DNA from: an uncultured bacterium
GTDB taxonomy: Bacteria > Bacillota_I > Bacilli_A > RFN20 > CAG-826
Reading direction: 5' to 3'
Length of the DNA stretch: 64,000 nucleotides
NCBI GenBank assembly: GCA_949293255.1
Contig: CASFCL010000003.1
Coordinates: 10,042 to 74,041 of the forward strand
Shown in pieces: positions 51,289 through 61,133 of the stretch. The number at the start of each line of letters is the position of its first letter. Position 1 is the stretch's first letter. The notes below the pieces were generated by a model. It saw nothing but the letters and a program-made list of their open reading frames with translations. It searched no databases and had not been told where the DNA came from. The position numbers and the translations under genes were made by a program.

Positions 51289-51879
51289 TTATTTATCTTT
51301 TTGAATAACAGCTAAGAATTCTTTAACAGCGCCTTCATTCATTTTAATGATAAGGTTAGTCATATAATCAAGTTTAGATGGATCAGGATTTTTTGCATAC
51401 TCAATCATAAAAGAAAGAGTACCATTAATTGTATAAGTTGATAAATGATTAATTTCATCTTCACTTAAAAATGGGAACATTGTAGTAAAATCAGATAAAT
51501 ATTTTTCTTTTGTATAATCAATTAAATTTGATAACAACTTACTTTGGCTTCTTGAGTCTTCTAAAATAATTTTAACAATAGTAGGAAATTCAAAAACAAA
51601 TAAAAGAATTTGTTTAAAATATTGACCATCGATACTTGTAACTGATTTTGTTTCTAACTTTTCAATGATGTAATTATAAAAATCAACTTGAATACTTTCA
51701 TAGACATCAATGATATCGTTAAAGTGGTTATAAAAAGTACCGCGATTAATTTTAGCAAGAGTGCATAATTCAGTGACTGAAATTTTAGTAATTGATTTAG
51801 TTTCTAATAACTTTTTTAATGCATCTTTGATTACGTTTTTTGAATATCTGCTTCTAAGGTCTAAATTCTCTTTTTTCAT
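51289..51879 (-). CDS. TetR/AcrR regulator
   Basis: ISVTELC.LAKINRGTFYNHF. Confidence 0.9.
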   Translation of the reverse strand: MKKENLDLRSRYSKNVIKDALKKLLETKSITKISVTELCTLAKINRGTFYNHFNDIIDVYESIQVDFYNYIIEKLETKSVTSIDGQYFKQILLFVFEFPTIVKIILEDSRSQSKLLSNLIDYTKEKYLSDFTTMFPFLSEDEINHLSTYTINGTLSFMIEYAKNPDPSKLDYMTNLIIKMNEGAVKEFLAVIQKDK

Positions 51880-52033
51880 AAAGTGTCCTCCAAATCGACA
51901 TTTTTACTTTTTTTGTTGATTTCTTGAATATTCTAACATTTTTCTATGATTTGTAGAATAATTTTTTCAAACAAGTGTTGAATTTTTTAACATTTATTGT
52001 AAATTGATAATAGTTTAAAAAAGGGAGTTAGTT

Positions 52034-52744
52034 ATGAGTGAAAAAGTAATTATTAGAGCAGAAAACCTTACACGTATATATCAAGTCGGTGGAAGTGAGA
52101 TTTACGCACTTAATAATTTATCTTTTGAAGCAAAAGAGGGTGATTTTATTATCATTTTAGGTCAATCTGGTGCAGGAAAGACCACTTTATTAAATATTAT
52201 TGGTGGAATGGATCATGCTACAAGTGGATCTTTATATATAGATGATATTGATATAACTAAATATAGTAAAAAACAACTTACAAATTATCGTAGAAATGAT
52301 GTTGGTTTTGTTTTCCAATTTTATAATTTAATGCCAAATTTAACAGCTATTGAAAATGTTGAATTATCGGTAGAAATGTGCAAAAACGCTTTAAAACCTG
52401 AAGATATTTTAAATAAAGTTGGTTTAGGAGGGAGATTTAATAACTTCCCAGGACAACTTAGCGGAGGCGAACAACAAAGAGTTTCAATCGCTAGAGCCAT
52501 CGCAAAAAATCCAAAAATTTTACTTTGTGATGAACCAACTGGTGCCTTAGATTATCAAACTGGTAAACAAATTTTAAAGTTACTTTTTGATATGTGTAAA
52601 GAAGAAAAGAAAACTGTAATTATTGTTACTCATAACTCTGCAATTAAAGATATGGCAGATAAAATTATTCATATTAAAAATGGAACTGTTGAAAGTGTTG
52701 AAAATAACGACAATCCAGTCAACATCGAGGAAATTGAATGGTAA
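52034..52744 (+). CDS. ABC ATP-binding protein (LolD/MacB type)
   Basis: GQSGAGKT, LSGGEQQR, DEPTGALD. Confidence 0.93.
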   Translation: MSEKVIIRAENLTRIYQVGGSEIYALNNLSFEAKEGDFIIILGQSGAGKTTLLNIIGGMDHATSGSLYIDDIDITKYSKKQLTNYRRNDVGFVFQFYNLMPNLTAIENVELSVEMCKNALKPEDILNKVGLGGRFNNFPGQLSGGEQQRVSIARAIAKNPKILLCDEPTGALDYQTGKQILKLLFDMCKEEKKTVIIVTHNSAIKDMADKIIHIKNGTVESVENNDNPVNIEEIEW

Positions 52745-54609
52745 AACCTAGTAGCTATTTTAAGACAATTTATAGGTCTGTTTGGAACAATTTAGGCCGT
52801 ATTATCTCGATTATTTCGATTATTTTAATTGCGATTGTTTGCTATGCAGGACTAGGAACTTTATCTTCAACAGTTGAAGCATCGTTCAATGTTTTCTTTG
52901 TTGATTCAAATTTAAGTGATATCACTATAAAAGCTACTTCAGAAAGTGGTTTTTCTACTCAAGATCAAATCACTGAAGATGGGCAATTGATATATAGTGA
53001 TGTCAATTATTTTAAAAATTCTTGTAGCGTTGAAGAAGTTGATGCATTTACTTCATTAGAGTTTGAAAATTATGGAGAAAATACAAGATTATATATTTTT
53101 AATCCTGATGATATGCAACTTAATAAATTAAAAGTTGTTGAAGGAAGGATGCCAGAAAATGTTAATGAAGTTGTTGTTGAACAAGCTTCATTGACAATTG
53201 CTCCAACTGAATTAAATAGCACAATTCGTATCAATATTATGGGAATGTATCCTATTGATGTAACAGTTGTAGGAATTGTTCAAAATCCTTTAATGTTTAC
53301 TCCTGATGGAGATGTAGATTTAGTAAATCAAGAAACTTTAGATAAAGTAGTTTATTGTTATCAAGAAACAATTCCTTCTTTAATTTCATCACTGCTTCCA
53401 GTCACTGATCTATATGTTCAACTTGTAAAATATAATGATAGAATCGACTATTTTAGCAATAGTTATCTTAATGATGTTCAAGAAGCTATCGATGAGTTTG
53501 AAGCAGATGGTTACACTGATTTTGCTTATTTAACTTTAGAAGAAAATAAAGCTTATAACATTCTTTCATCATATATGGAAAAAGTTGATGTAATTGCGCT
53601 TGTTGTTCCAATATTTTTCCTTGTTGTTGCAGCATTAGTTGTTTTAACAACAATGACTAGAATGATTGATGAAGATCGAGCTTCAATTGGATGTTATTCA
53701 TCTTTAGGGGTATCAAACTTCAAAATTAAGTTTAAATATATGCTAATTTGTGGAGTATTTACTACTTTAGGATGTGTTTTAGGTATGATTTTAGGTTTAA
53801 CTGTCCTTCCAGCAGTTATTTATCCAGGATTTGAAACGATTGTTTTCTTACCTGCAAAAGTTATGTTTGTTGATGTAGTTCCTGGAATAATTGCGTCATT
53901 AATAGTTATTGTTTCAGCGATGGCGATTACTTTTTATCAAATTAGTATGGAACTTAAAACTGAATCATCTAATTTACTTCTTCCAAAAACTCCTAAAGCT
54001 GGTAAAAAGATTTTCCTTGAAAAGATTAAAGTCATTTGGAGAAGATTACCTTTTAGATATAAATCTTCAATTAGAAACATTATTAGAAATAAAAAACATT
54101 TCTGGATGACAGTAATTACAACAGCTGGAGCAACAGCAATAGTCTTTTTAGGATTATCTTTATATGATGTTGTTTCATTTAATGAATCACCTGCAGTAAC
54201 CTTTGTTGCTGATACTATAAAACCTATTTGTATTTTAATTATTATGTTATCTTTACTTTTAACAATATTTGTTGTTTATAACCTTACGAACATGAATATT
54301 GGTGAAAGAACTAGAGAAATAGCAACTTTAGATGTTTTAGGATATCATGATCGCGAAGTTTGTATGTATATTTATAGAGAAATTGCAATTATGGGAGGAG
54401 TAGGAGTAGTACTTGGTATTCCTTGTGGTATTATTGCTTCTTATGTTTTACTTGGATATTTAGATTTTGGAAGTTTAGCTGATGTCCAATGGTATACCTA
54501 TATAGCATCTGCATTACTTGTTGTTTCATTTATAGTTGTAGTTGATTTAATGCTCATAAGAAAAATCTTAAGAGTAGATATGACTACATCATTAAAATCA
54601 GTTGATTAA
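52738..54609 (+). CDS. FtsX-like ABC permease
   Basis: TTMTRMIDE and ERTREIATL.VLG. Confidence 0.85.
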   Translation: MVKPSSYFKTIYRSVWNNLGRIISIISIILIAIVCYAGLGTLSSTVEASFNVFFVDSNLSDITIKATSESGFSTQDQITEDGQLIYSDVNYFKNSCSVEEVDAFTSLEFENYGENTRLYIFNPDDMQLNKLKVVEGRMPENVNEVVVEQASLTIAPTELNSTIRINIMGMYPIDVTVVGIVQNPLMFTPDGDVDLVNQETLDKVVYCYQETIPSLISSLLPVTDLYVQLVKYNDRIDYFSNSYLNDVQEAIDEFEADGYTDFAYLTLEENKAYNILSSYMEKVDVIALVVPIFFLVVAALVVLTTMTRMIDEDRASIGCYSSLGVSNFKIKFKYMLICGVFTTLGCVLGMILGLTVLPAVIYPGFETIVFLPAKVMFVDVVPGIIASLIVIVSAMAITFYQISMELKTESSNLLLPKTPKAGKKIFLEKIKVIWRRLPFRYKSSIRNIIRNKKHFWMTVITTAGATAIVFLGLSLYDVVSFNESPAVTFVADTIKPICILIIMLSLLLTIFVVYNLTNMNIGERTREIATLDVLGYHDREVCMYIYREIAIMGGVGVVLGIPCGIIASYVLLGYLDFGSLADVQWYTYIASALLVVSFIVVVDLMLIRKILRVDMTTSLKSVD

Positions 54610-54620
54610 TTTATTAAATA

Positions 54621-55307
54621 TTATTTATCTTTATTATCTAAATCTTTATTTTTTCTTTTGAAAAATTTAGCAAATTTTGAATCAGGAAATCCGTTTGTGA
54701 TCCAACTATAAGCTTTTGGAATTACATATATTAATATTTGAAGAACAATAGCAACAAAATAAATATAAGTGATGTTATATTCTCTAAAATATAAGTAGAG
54801 CCCAACGGCTAAAGTCCAAATACAAACTGAGAGAAGAATATTGATGTATCTATTAATTTTTAAGGTTATTTCAATAATAATTGTTAATAATAAAATAGCA
54901 GAAATACACATCAAAATAAGTGGGAAAACACTACTTATTTCTGGATTTATAGGAATTAAAGACATGAAAATAGCAACCAAACCAGCTAAAACTAAGAAGA
55001 CAGTAATACTGATTGTAAGTCTAAAAATAGTAACTTTTTTTTGAATAATTCTATCGATTTCATCGTTGGTTTCTTTAGTTTCTACAGTTTCTTCTTCATG
55101 ATGTTCGGTGTATAAATATTCAATTGTTACACCATAAAATTCAGCAATTTTAAATAACATTTCAGCATCAGGTAAAGAATCACATCTTTCCCGCTTAGAA
55201 ATTGTTTTATCTGAATATCCAAGTTTATCTGCAACGTCTTGTTGAGTTAATTTATTTCTTTTTCTTAAAGTCACTAAATTCTTAGCGATAATTTCTCTTA
55301 CTGTCAT
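54621..55307 (-). CDS. XRE HTH regulator with C-terminal TM segments
   Basis: LTQQDVADKLGYSDKTISK; four hydrophobic segments. Confidence 0.85.
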   Translation of the reverse strand: MTVREIIAKNLVTLRKRNKLTQQDVADKLGYSDKTISKRERCDSLPDAEMLFKIAEFYGVTIEYLYTEHHEEETVETKETNDEIDRIIQKKVTIFRLTISITVFLVLAGLVAIFMSLIPINPEISSVFPLILMCISAILLLTIIIEITLKINRYINILLSVCIWTLAVGLYLYFREYNITYIYFVAIVLQILIYVIPKAYSWITNGFPDSKFAKFFKRKNKDLDNKDK

Positions 55308-55497
55308 GTTTTTTATTATAAATAAAGTTTAATAAAAATTAAACGAATAATTTAGAGATGCATAATTTTGAGAAAATATTGTATTTTTGCAGGGTTTTTA
55401 GAAAAAATATTAGGGTTTTGTAATTTTAATTAGCATGTTTTTATTTAATATTTATATAAAATAAGCTAATATATTTATAGATTTAAGAGGTGTTAAT

Positions 55498-56280
55498 ATG
55501 AACTATGAAAAAGAATTGAATGCTGCAATCGAAGCAGGGCTTAAAGCAAAAGAAGTAATTTTAAATTATTACTACCATGGTTTTCATGTTGAAATAAAAG
55601 AAGATGCTTCTCCAGTAACAGAAGCAGATAAAGAAAGCGATAGGATAATTAGAGAATATTTAGGCTCAAGATTTCCTACTTATGCTTTTTTAACAGAAGA
55701 AAGTATTGATGATAAATCTAGACTTCAAAATGATTATTGTTGGATTGTTGATCCAGTCGATGGAACAAAGGATTTCGTCATGAAAGATGATGAATTTACA
55801 ATTAATATTGCTTTAGCTTATAAACATGAAGTTGTTTTAGGAGTTGTTTTTATTCCAGCAAGAAATGAAATTTATTATGCAACTAAAGATTCAAGAGCTT
55901 ATAAAATTGATGAAAACGGAAAAACAAAAAAGATTCAAGTTAATGATAAACTCACTGAACTTACAGTTTTAAAATCAAGATATCATTCTAAAAAAGAAGA
56001 GGAAGAAATCTATAAAAAATATGCTTCAAGAATTAAAAATATTGAAGGTAGAGGAAGTTCATTAAAAGCTTGCTTAATTGCTGAAGGTAAAGCTGAACTT
56101 ACTTATAGAAAGGGAGATGGAACAAAAGAATGGGATACAGCTGCTTTTCAAATTATAGTCGAAGAAGCTGGAGGATTAGTTTTAGATTATAGTGGTAAAC
56201 CTCTTAAATATAATAGAGAAGATGTCTACAATCATGATGGATATGTTGTCATGAATAGAAAAGAAAACTATTTAATTTAA
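55498..56280 (+). CDS. cysQ: 3'(2'),5'-bisphosphate nucleotidase (CysQ/IMPase family)
   Basis: SPVTEAD, VDPVDGTKDF, EWDTAA. Confidence 0.85.
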   Translation: MNYEKELNAAIEAGLKAKEVILNYYYHGFHVEIKEDASPVTEADKESDRIIREYLGSRFPTYAFLTEESIDDKSRLQNDYCWIVDPVDGTKDFVMKDDEFTINIALAYKHEVVLGVVFIPARNEIYYATKDSRAYKIDENGKTKKIQVNDKLTELTVLKSRYHSKKEEEEIYKKYASRIKNIEGRGSSLKACLIAEGKAELTYRKGDGTKEWDTAAFQIIVEEAGGLVLDYSGKPLKYNREDVYNHDGYVVMNRKENYLI

Positions 56281-56326
56281 TAATTAATTATATTTATATA
56301 AAAAAATGGAACCTATTAAGATGATT

Positions 56327-56620
56327 TTACTTAACAGGTTCCATTTTTCTTACTTCTTCAAGAGCTTTTTTGACTTCTTCTTTTTGAGAAGCAAGTCTAA
56401 CAGCGACTACTCCAGGAACTTCTTCCATTAAAATAACTTCAACACCTTGTTCAAGATCATCATTTAATAAAGAACATCCTTCACAAGCACCGCTAATATT
56501 GACATAAACTATACCATCTTCAAAAGAATCGAAGGTTACATCTCCACCTTCTCTTTGCATAAATGGTCTAATCTTATCTAAAGTAGATTTAATTAATTCG
56601 ATTGTTGCATCATTTTCCAT
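56327..56620 (-). CDS. NifU-like (NfuA C-terminal) protein
   Basis: IRPFMQREGGDV, GACEGC. Confidence 0.88.
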   Translation of the reverse strand: MENDATIELIKSTLDKIRPFMQREGGDVTFDSFEDGIVYVNISGACEGCSLLNDDLEQGVEVILMEEVPGVVAVRLASQKEEVKKALEEVRKMEPVK

Positions 56621-56839
56621 AACGATTGAATATTTTAGTTATTAGTTTAATGAAAAGCAAATAATTTGATAAAAAACTTAATAACATAAATAAATGAAAG
56701 TAGGTAAAAATTAAAAACTTATTGTTTTCTCAGGTAAAATATATCATTCTCAAAACAAGAGAGTGTAGTTTTTAGTATTATGTTTTCATTGATTTCAATA
56801 TCATTTATAATTTGTCTTGGATTGGATGGAGAATAAGTT

Positions 56840-57709
56840 ATGAAAGTTTGTATTATTGTAGATGATAACTCTGGATTTACACCTGAAGAAGTTAAAAAAG
56901 AAGGTATCTCTTGTTTAAAGATGCCTATTGTTATAGATGGCGAAGAATTTTTTCAATATATCAATATTGACGAAAAAACATATTTTGAAAAATTAGAAGG
57001 TGGTAGCCACATTACAACTTCTCAACCTGCAATTGGCGAAGTTATGGAACTTTGGAGAAGTTTATTAAAAGAATATGATGAAGTTGTCCATATTCCTATG
57101 AGTAGCGGATTATCAAATACCTGTGATACAACAATTGCTTTAGCTAGAGACAAAGAATTTGCAGACAAAGTTTTTGTTGTTGATAACCATAGAATTAGTA
57201 TTACTTTAAAACCAGCTGTTAAAGATGCTAAAACTTTAATTGCTAAGGGAAAATCCGGAAGAGAAATTAAAGAAATTTTAGAAAAAACAGCTTATGATAG
57301 CTCAATTTATATTACTTGTAATACTTTAAAATATCTTAAAAAAGGTGGAAGAATTACTCCAGCTGCTGCTTTAGTTGGTGAAGCTTTACATATTAAACCA
57401 GTTATGACCATTAAAGGTGGAAAATTAGATAAATATAAAAAATCAGTTGGTTTAAATAGTGCTAAAAAAGTTATGATCGAAGCAATTAAAAATGATTTAG
57501 AAACAAAATTTAAAGATGTTCCTAGAGAAGATCTTGAATTATCATTTGCTTATACAAAAGATAGAGATGTTTGTGAAAAATTTGCTAAAGAAGCCACCAA
57601 AATTCTTGGATTTAAATCCTACAAATATTTAAATCCATTATCATTTAGTTTATCTACACATATTGGTCCTGGAGTTTTAGCAATCGCACTTACAAAATTA
57701 ATTAAATAA
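56840..57709 (+). CDS. DegV family fatty acid-binding protein
   Basis: TTSQP, SSGLS, LKKGGRI, HIGPG. Confidence 0.92.
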   Translation: MKVCIIVDDNSGFTPEEVKKEGISCLKMPIVIDGEEFFQYINIDEKTYFEKLEGGSHITTSQPAIGEVMELWRSLLKEYDEVVHIPMSSGLSNTCDTTIALARDKEFADKVFVVDNHRISITLKPAVKDAKTLIAKGKSGREIKEILEKTAYDSSIYITCNTLKYLKKGGRITPAAALVGEALHIKPVMTIKGGKLDKYKKSVGLNSAKKVMIEAIKNDLETKFKDVPREDLELSFAYTKDRDVCEKFAKEATKILGFKSYKYLNPLSFSLSTHIGPGVLAIALTKLIK

Positions 57710-57735
57710 ATAATTAAAAAAGCACATCAAAAATT

Positions 57736-57765
57736 AAAAATAGATGGGAAAACATCTATTTTTTT
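57736..57765 (+). terminator. Rho-independent terminator
   Basis: aaaaatagatg/catctattttt. Confidence 0.7.
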
Positions 57766-57776
57766 ATTAATTGGTA

Positions 57777-57845
57777 GTCTAGGAATAGGGAATTTCAAAG
57801 CCTAGAAATAGTGAAATTTTTGGTCTAGAAGTAAGCAATTTTATT
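57777..57845 (+). repeat. Three degenerate 23-bp direct repeats
   Basis: gtctaggaatagggaattt / gcctagaaatagtgaaatt / gtctagaagtaagcaattt at 57777, 57800, 57823. Confidence 0.5.
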
Positions 57846-57878
57846 GTAATCTTAGATACTTAATTCTCTAATTTTTGT

Positions 57879-59037
57879 ATGAATAAGACCTATTTTAAAA
57901 GATATATCGAAGAAAATATTGCTGAAATGCTACAAATATCTGGGGTTGTTGTAGTTACTGGCCAAAGTTTTGTGGAAAAACAACGACATGCAAACTTTTC
58001 GCAAAAAGTATATATTCGCTTGATAATGACGAGAAAATTAGATTAGCCCAATCAAGCCCAAATTCAATATTAATTGGTGACAATCCTAGATTAATTGATG
58101 AATGGCAATTTATTCCAGATCTTTGAAATTGTGTTAGATCGGAAGTTGATCGAAGAGATGAAAAATTTTGACTATTTATTTTTACTGGAAGTTCAATCCC
58201 TGTTGAAATGGATAAAATTTATCATTCAGGAGCAGGTGGTATTGTTAGCTTAAAGATGTCGACACTAACTTTATCTGAAACTAACGAATCAAAAAAATAA
58301 TTTCTTTAAAAAGATTATTTGAAGGAAAACAAGAATGTTTTTATATAAATGAAAATTATTTTTTACATGATATGGCGTTTTACATTTGTCGAGGCGGATG
58401 GCCATTATCGTTAGAACAAGAAAAGAAAAAAGCATTACAAATAACCAGAAATTATTGTTCAATGCTATTTAATTTTGAAAATTCATTTAATAAGAAATTT
58501 AGAAATAAAAATTCTGCTATTTTCGAAATGATTTTAAAAAGTTATGCTAGGAATATTTCTACCGAAGCAAGAAAAAGTACGATGATTAGTGATATTAATA
58601 AAAACGACGATAGAAATTTAGATATAAATACTTTTGATTCTTATGTGGAAGCATTAAAAGATTTATTTATTATTGATGATCTTGAAGCTTGGAATCCTAA
58701 TTTAAGAAGCAAAGCAATTATTATTTCTACACCAACTCGTCACTTTGTAGATACTTCAGTTGCTACATATTGTGGAACTTGGAGTGGAAAAGTTGGACTT
58801 AATGATGTAACAATTGTTATAAATAGCGATGGAACCGCAACTTATGGCGGTATAGCAGCAGATAGCAATTATACTGCTAATGGTAATGTAATTAAATTTA
58901 CTTATGGAGATGAAAGCTATTCAGTAACAATTACTTACAATGAATCTTCAAAGAGCATTACAGTTGTTTGGTATGATGAATGCGAATATATTGAACTCGA
59001 AGGAACAATGACCGAATTCACACCAGAAGCAAATTAA
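57879..59037 (+). pseudogene. Decayed AAA_14/DUF4143 ATPase fused to the tail of an unrelated surface protein
   Basis: Frameshifted G-PKFCGKTT, LIDEWQ then TGA, FTGS, GGWP, WNPNLRS..TPTRHFVD, then an abrupt switch to TYCGTWSG. Confidence 0.75.
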
Positions 59038-59070
59038 TCTTCTATAACTATAAGTTATAGATACATTACA

Positions 59071-59098
59071 AAAGAAGTAGCGATAACTACTTCTTTTC
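59071..59098 (+). terminator. Rho-independent terminator
   Basis: aaagaagtag/ctacttctttt. Confidence 0.75.
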
Positions 59099-59149
59099 TC
59101 GAGTAAAATTCTTTTCAAAAAAATAAAGTTATGTATAATTATTCGTGCT

Positions 59150-60970
59150 ATGAAAAAAAGAAGATTATTTATATTTGCATTTAGTTTATTAACACTCGCT
59201 CTCACTAGTTGCGATAGATTTTTTTCAAACAACCAAACAGATACACCTCCTTCAGGTGAAGTTCCTGGTGAAGAAACCCCTGGAGAAGATAATCCAGGTG
59301 AACAAACTCCAGAAGAAAATCCACCAGAAGAAGAAACACCAAATTATGATGAAGACAACTTAAAACGCGAATATTTTCAAGGTGAGTTTTTAACATTAGA
59401 AGGTAGTATCTATGAAACAATGGATGGCGTTTTACTTTATAGAAATGGTACTCGCGTTCAAGAAGGCATCGTTTTAAATGATGTTGGAACATTTACTTTA
59501 AGATTAATTAAAACTGGTACTTTTGATTTAACAAGATCAATTAAAGTTAATGCTGCTTCACCAAGAGAAGTGGCATTAGAAGATTTCACTTATTATGATT
59601 TAAATAAAAATGGTGAAATTAATGTTACTCAATCAACAGGAAACCAAAAAATATTAGTAATTCCTGTAGAAATTGAAGGATATAGTTCAAATGCAACTCA
59701 AACAAACCTTCAAGCAATTAAAGATGCTTTTATTGGCGAAGCAAGCAATAATCCATTTGAATCAGTTCAATCTTTCTATCAAAAATCAAGCTATGGAAAC
59801 TTAAACTTTGATATAACTGTTGCTGATAGCTGGTTTGATTGCGGAATGACTGCTAGAGAAATCACAAATTATGGTAGCTCAACAACTGTTGATGGAGTTA
59901 GAAACCTTTTAAATTTGGCAGTTGAATGGTATAAAGAAACTTATAACACCAGTGCAACTGAATTTGATGTTGATAACGATGGTTTAGTAGATACTGTCTG
60001 GCTTGTTTATTCAGCTCCAAACGCTCAAAATTCATCAAGTTTATCTAATGAAATCTTCTGGGCATTCACATATTGGAATTTTGATAATTATGATGATGCA
60101 AACATTTTATCTCCTGTTCCTTATGCATTTGCTTGGGCAAGTTTTGATTTTGTCTATTCAGGATATGGAAGAAATTCAATTGATGCTCATACCTTTATTC
60201 ATGAAACAGGTCACTTACTTGGTTTAATGGATTATTATTCTTATGATTATAATGAATCTCCAGGTGGAGAGATCGATATGATGGATTATAACATCGGTGA
60301 TCACATGGCTTTAAGTAAGTATTCTTTAGGTTGGGTTGAACCAACTGTTGTAAGTGAAACTACACAAATTACTTTAAAACCATTCGAGAATAGCGGGGAT
60401 TTTGTTTTAATTGGTGGAGATAATTTCAAAAATACAGCATTTGATGAATACTTTACTTTTGAATATATTACTCCAACTGGATTAAATGAAGCTGACTATA
60501 CAAGTGTATATTCATCAATTGCAGGATACACTGGTCCAGGTATTAGAGTTTATCATGTTGATAATAGGGCTGCTTATTATAGTAGATATAGCAGTTTAAA
60601 TCCAACTTATGATACTTCTTTAATGGAAACAAACTATGGTGATAATACTGCTTCATACGCACCAACTGTAAATAAAAATCCAGTTTATCAAGCAACTATT
60701 ATGCCTAAAAATTATTCATCTAGTTATTATTCTTCTTCTAATCCATTAAGTGCATACTATGTAGGATCTTCTGAAGACACTCTTTTCTTAGAAGGAGATA
60801 CATTTACTTTCAATTCAACAAGTAAATATACTGACTTAATGGCTTTTGAAAGTAATAGGTTAAATAAATACTATGATGGTAACAGCAGTAATGATGCTTT
60901 AGATTTTAGTGTTGAAGTTGTATCACTTACTAAAGAAGGAGCAACATTAAATATCACCATTAATCATTAA
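59150..60970 (+). CDS. Lipoprotein M6-like (immune inhibitor A-type) metalloprotease
   Basis: Lipobox LTSC, Pro/Glu linker, FYQKSSYG, HETGHLLGLMDYY, SKYSLGW. Confidence 0.85.
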   Translation: MKKRRLFIFAFSLLTLALTSCDRFFSNNQTDTPPSGEVPGEETPGEDNPGEQTPEENPPEEETPNYDEDNLKREYFQGEFLTLEGSIYETMDGVLLYRNGTRVQEGIVLNDVGTFTLRLIKTGTFDLTRSIKVNAASPREVALEDFTYYDLNKNGEINVTQSTGNQKILVIPVEIEGYSSNATQTNLQAIKDAFIGEASNNPFESVQSFYQKSSYGNLNFDITVADSWFDCGMTAREITNYGSSTTVDGVRNLLNLAVEWYKETYNTSATEFDVDNDGLVDTVWLVYSAPNAQNSSSLSNEIFWAFTYWNFDNYDDANILSPVPYAFAWASFDFVYSGYGRNSIDAHTFIHETGHLLGLMDYYSYDYNESPGGEIDMMDYNIGDHMALSKYSLGWVEPTVVSETTQITLKPFENSGDFVLIGGDNFKNTAFDEYFTFEYITPTGLNEADYTSVYSSIAGYTGPGIRVYHVDNRAAYYSRYSSLNPTYDTSLMETNYGDNTASYAPTVNKNPVYQATIMPKNYSSSYYSSSNPLSAYYVGSSEDTLFLEGDTFTFNSTSKYTDLMAFESNRLNKYYDGNSSNDALDFSVEVVSLTKEGATLNITINH

Positions 60971-61000
60971 TTTATACGAGAAAACAATATAAATATTAAT

Positions 61001-61029
61001 ATGGGCTTAAAATTTAAGCCCATTTTTTA
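61001..61029 (+). terminator. Rho-independent terminator
   Basis: atgggcttaa/ttaagcccat with T-tract. Confidence 0.8.
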
Positions 61030-61133
61030 ATTTAAATTAAAGTCCCATATTTTCAAAAATTTTTTTAGGTTTATACTTAATAACTAGATTGTTCTTAAAG
61101 AAAATTGAAAAATTCAAAGGGGTTAAACAAACT

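Noticed and set aside
59250-59342. Tandem ~15-bp repeats in the metalloprotease gene
   Set aside because: They encode an ordinary Pro/Glu-rich linker after the lipobox
11191-60227. Numerous short antisense or overlapping ORFs (e.g. 11191-11562, 32653-33114, 44099-44377, 47197-47499, 58948-59232)
   Set aside because: Shadow frames of well-supported genes, with no motifs or RBS
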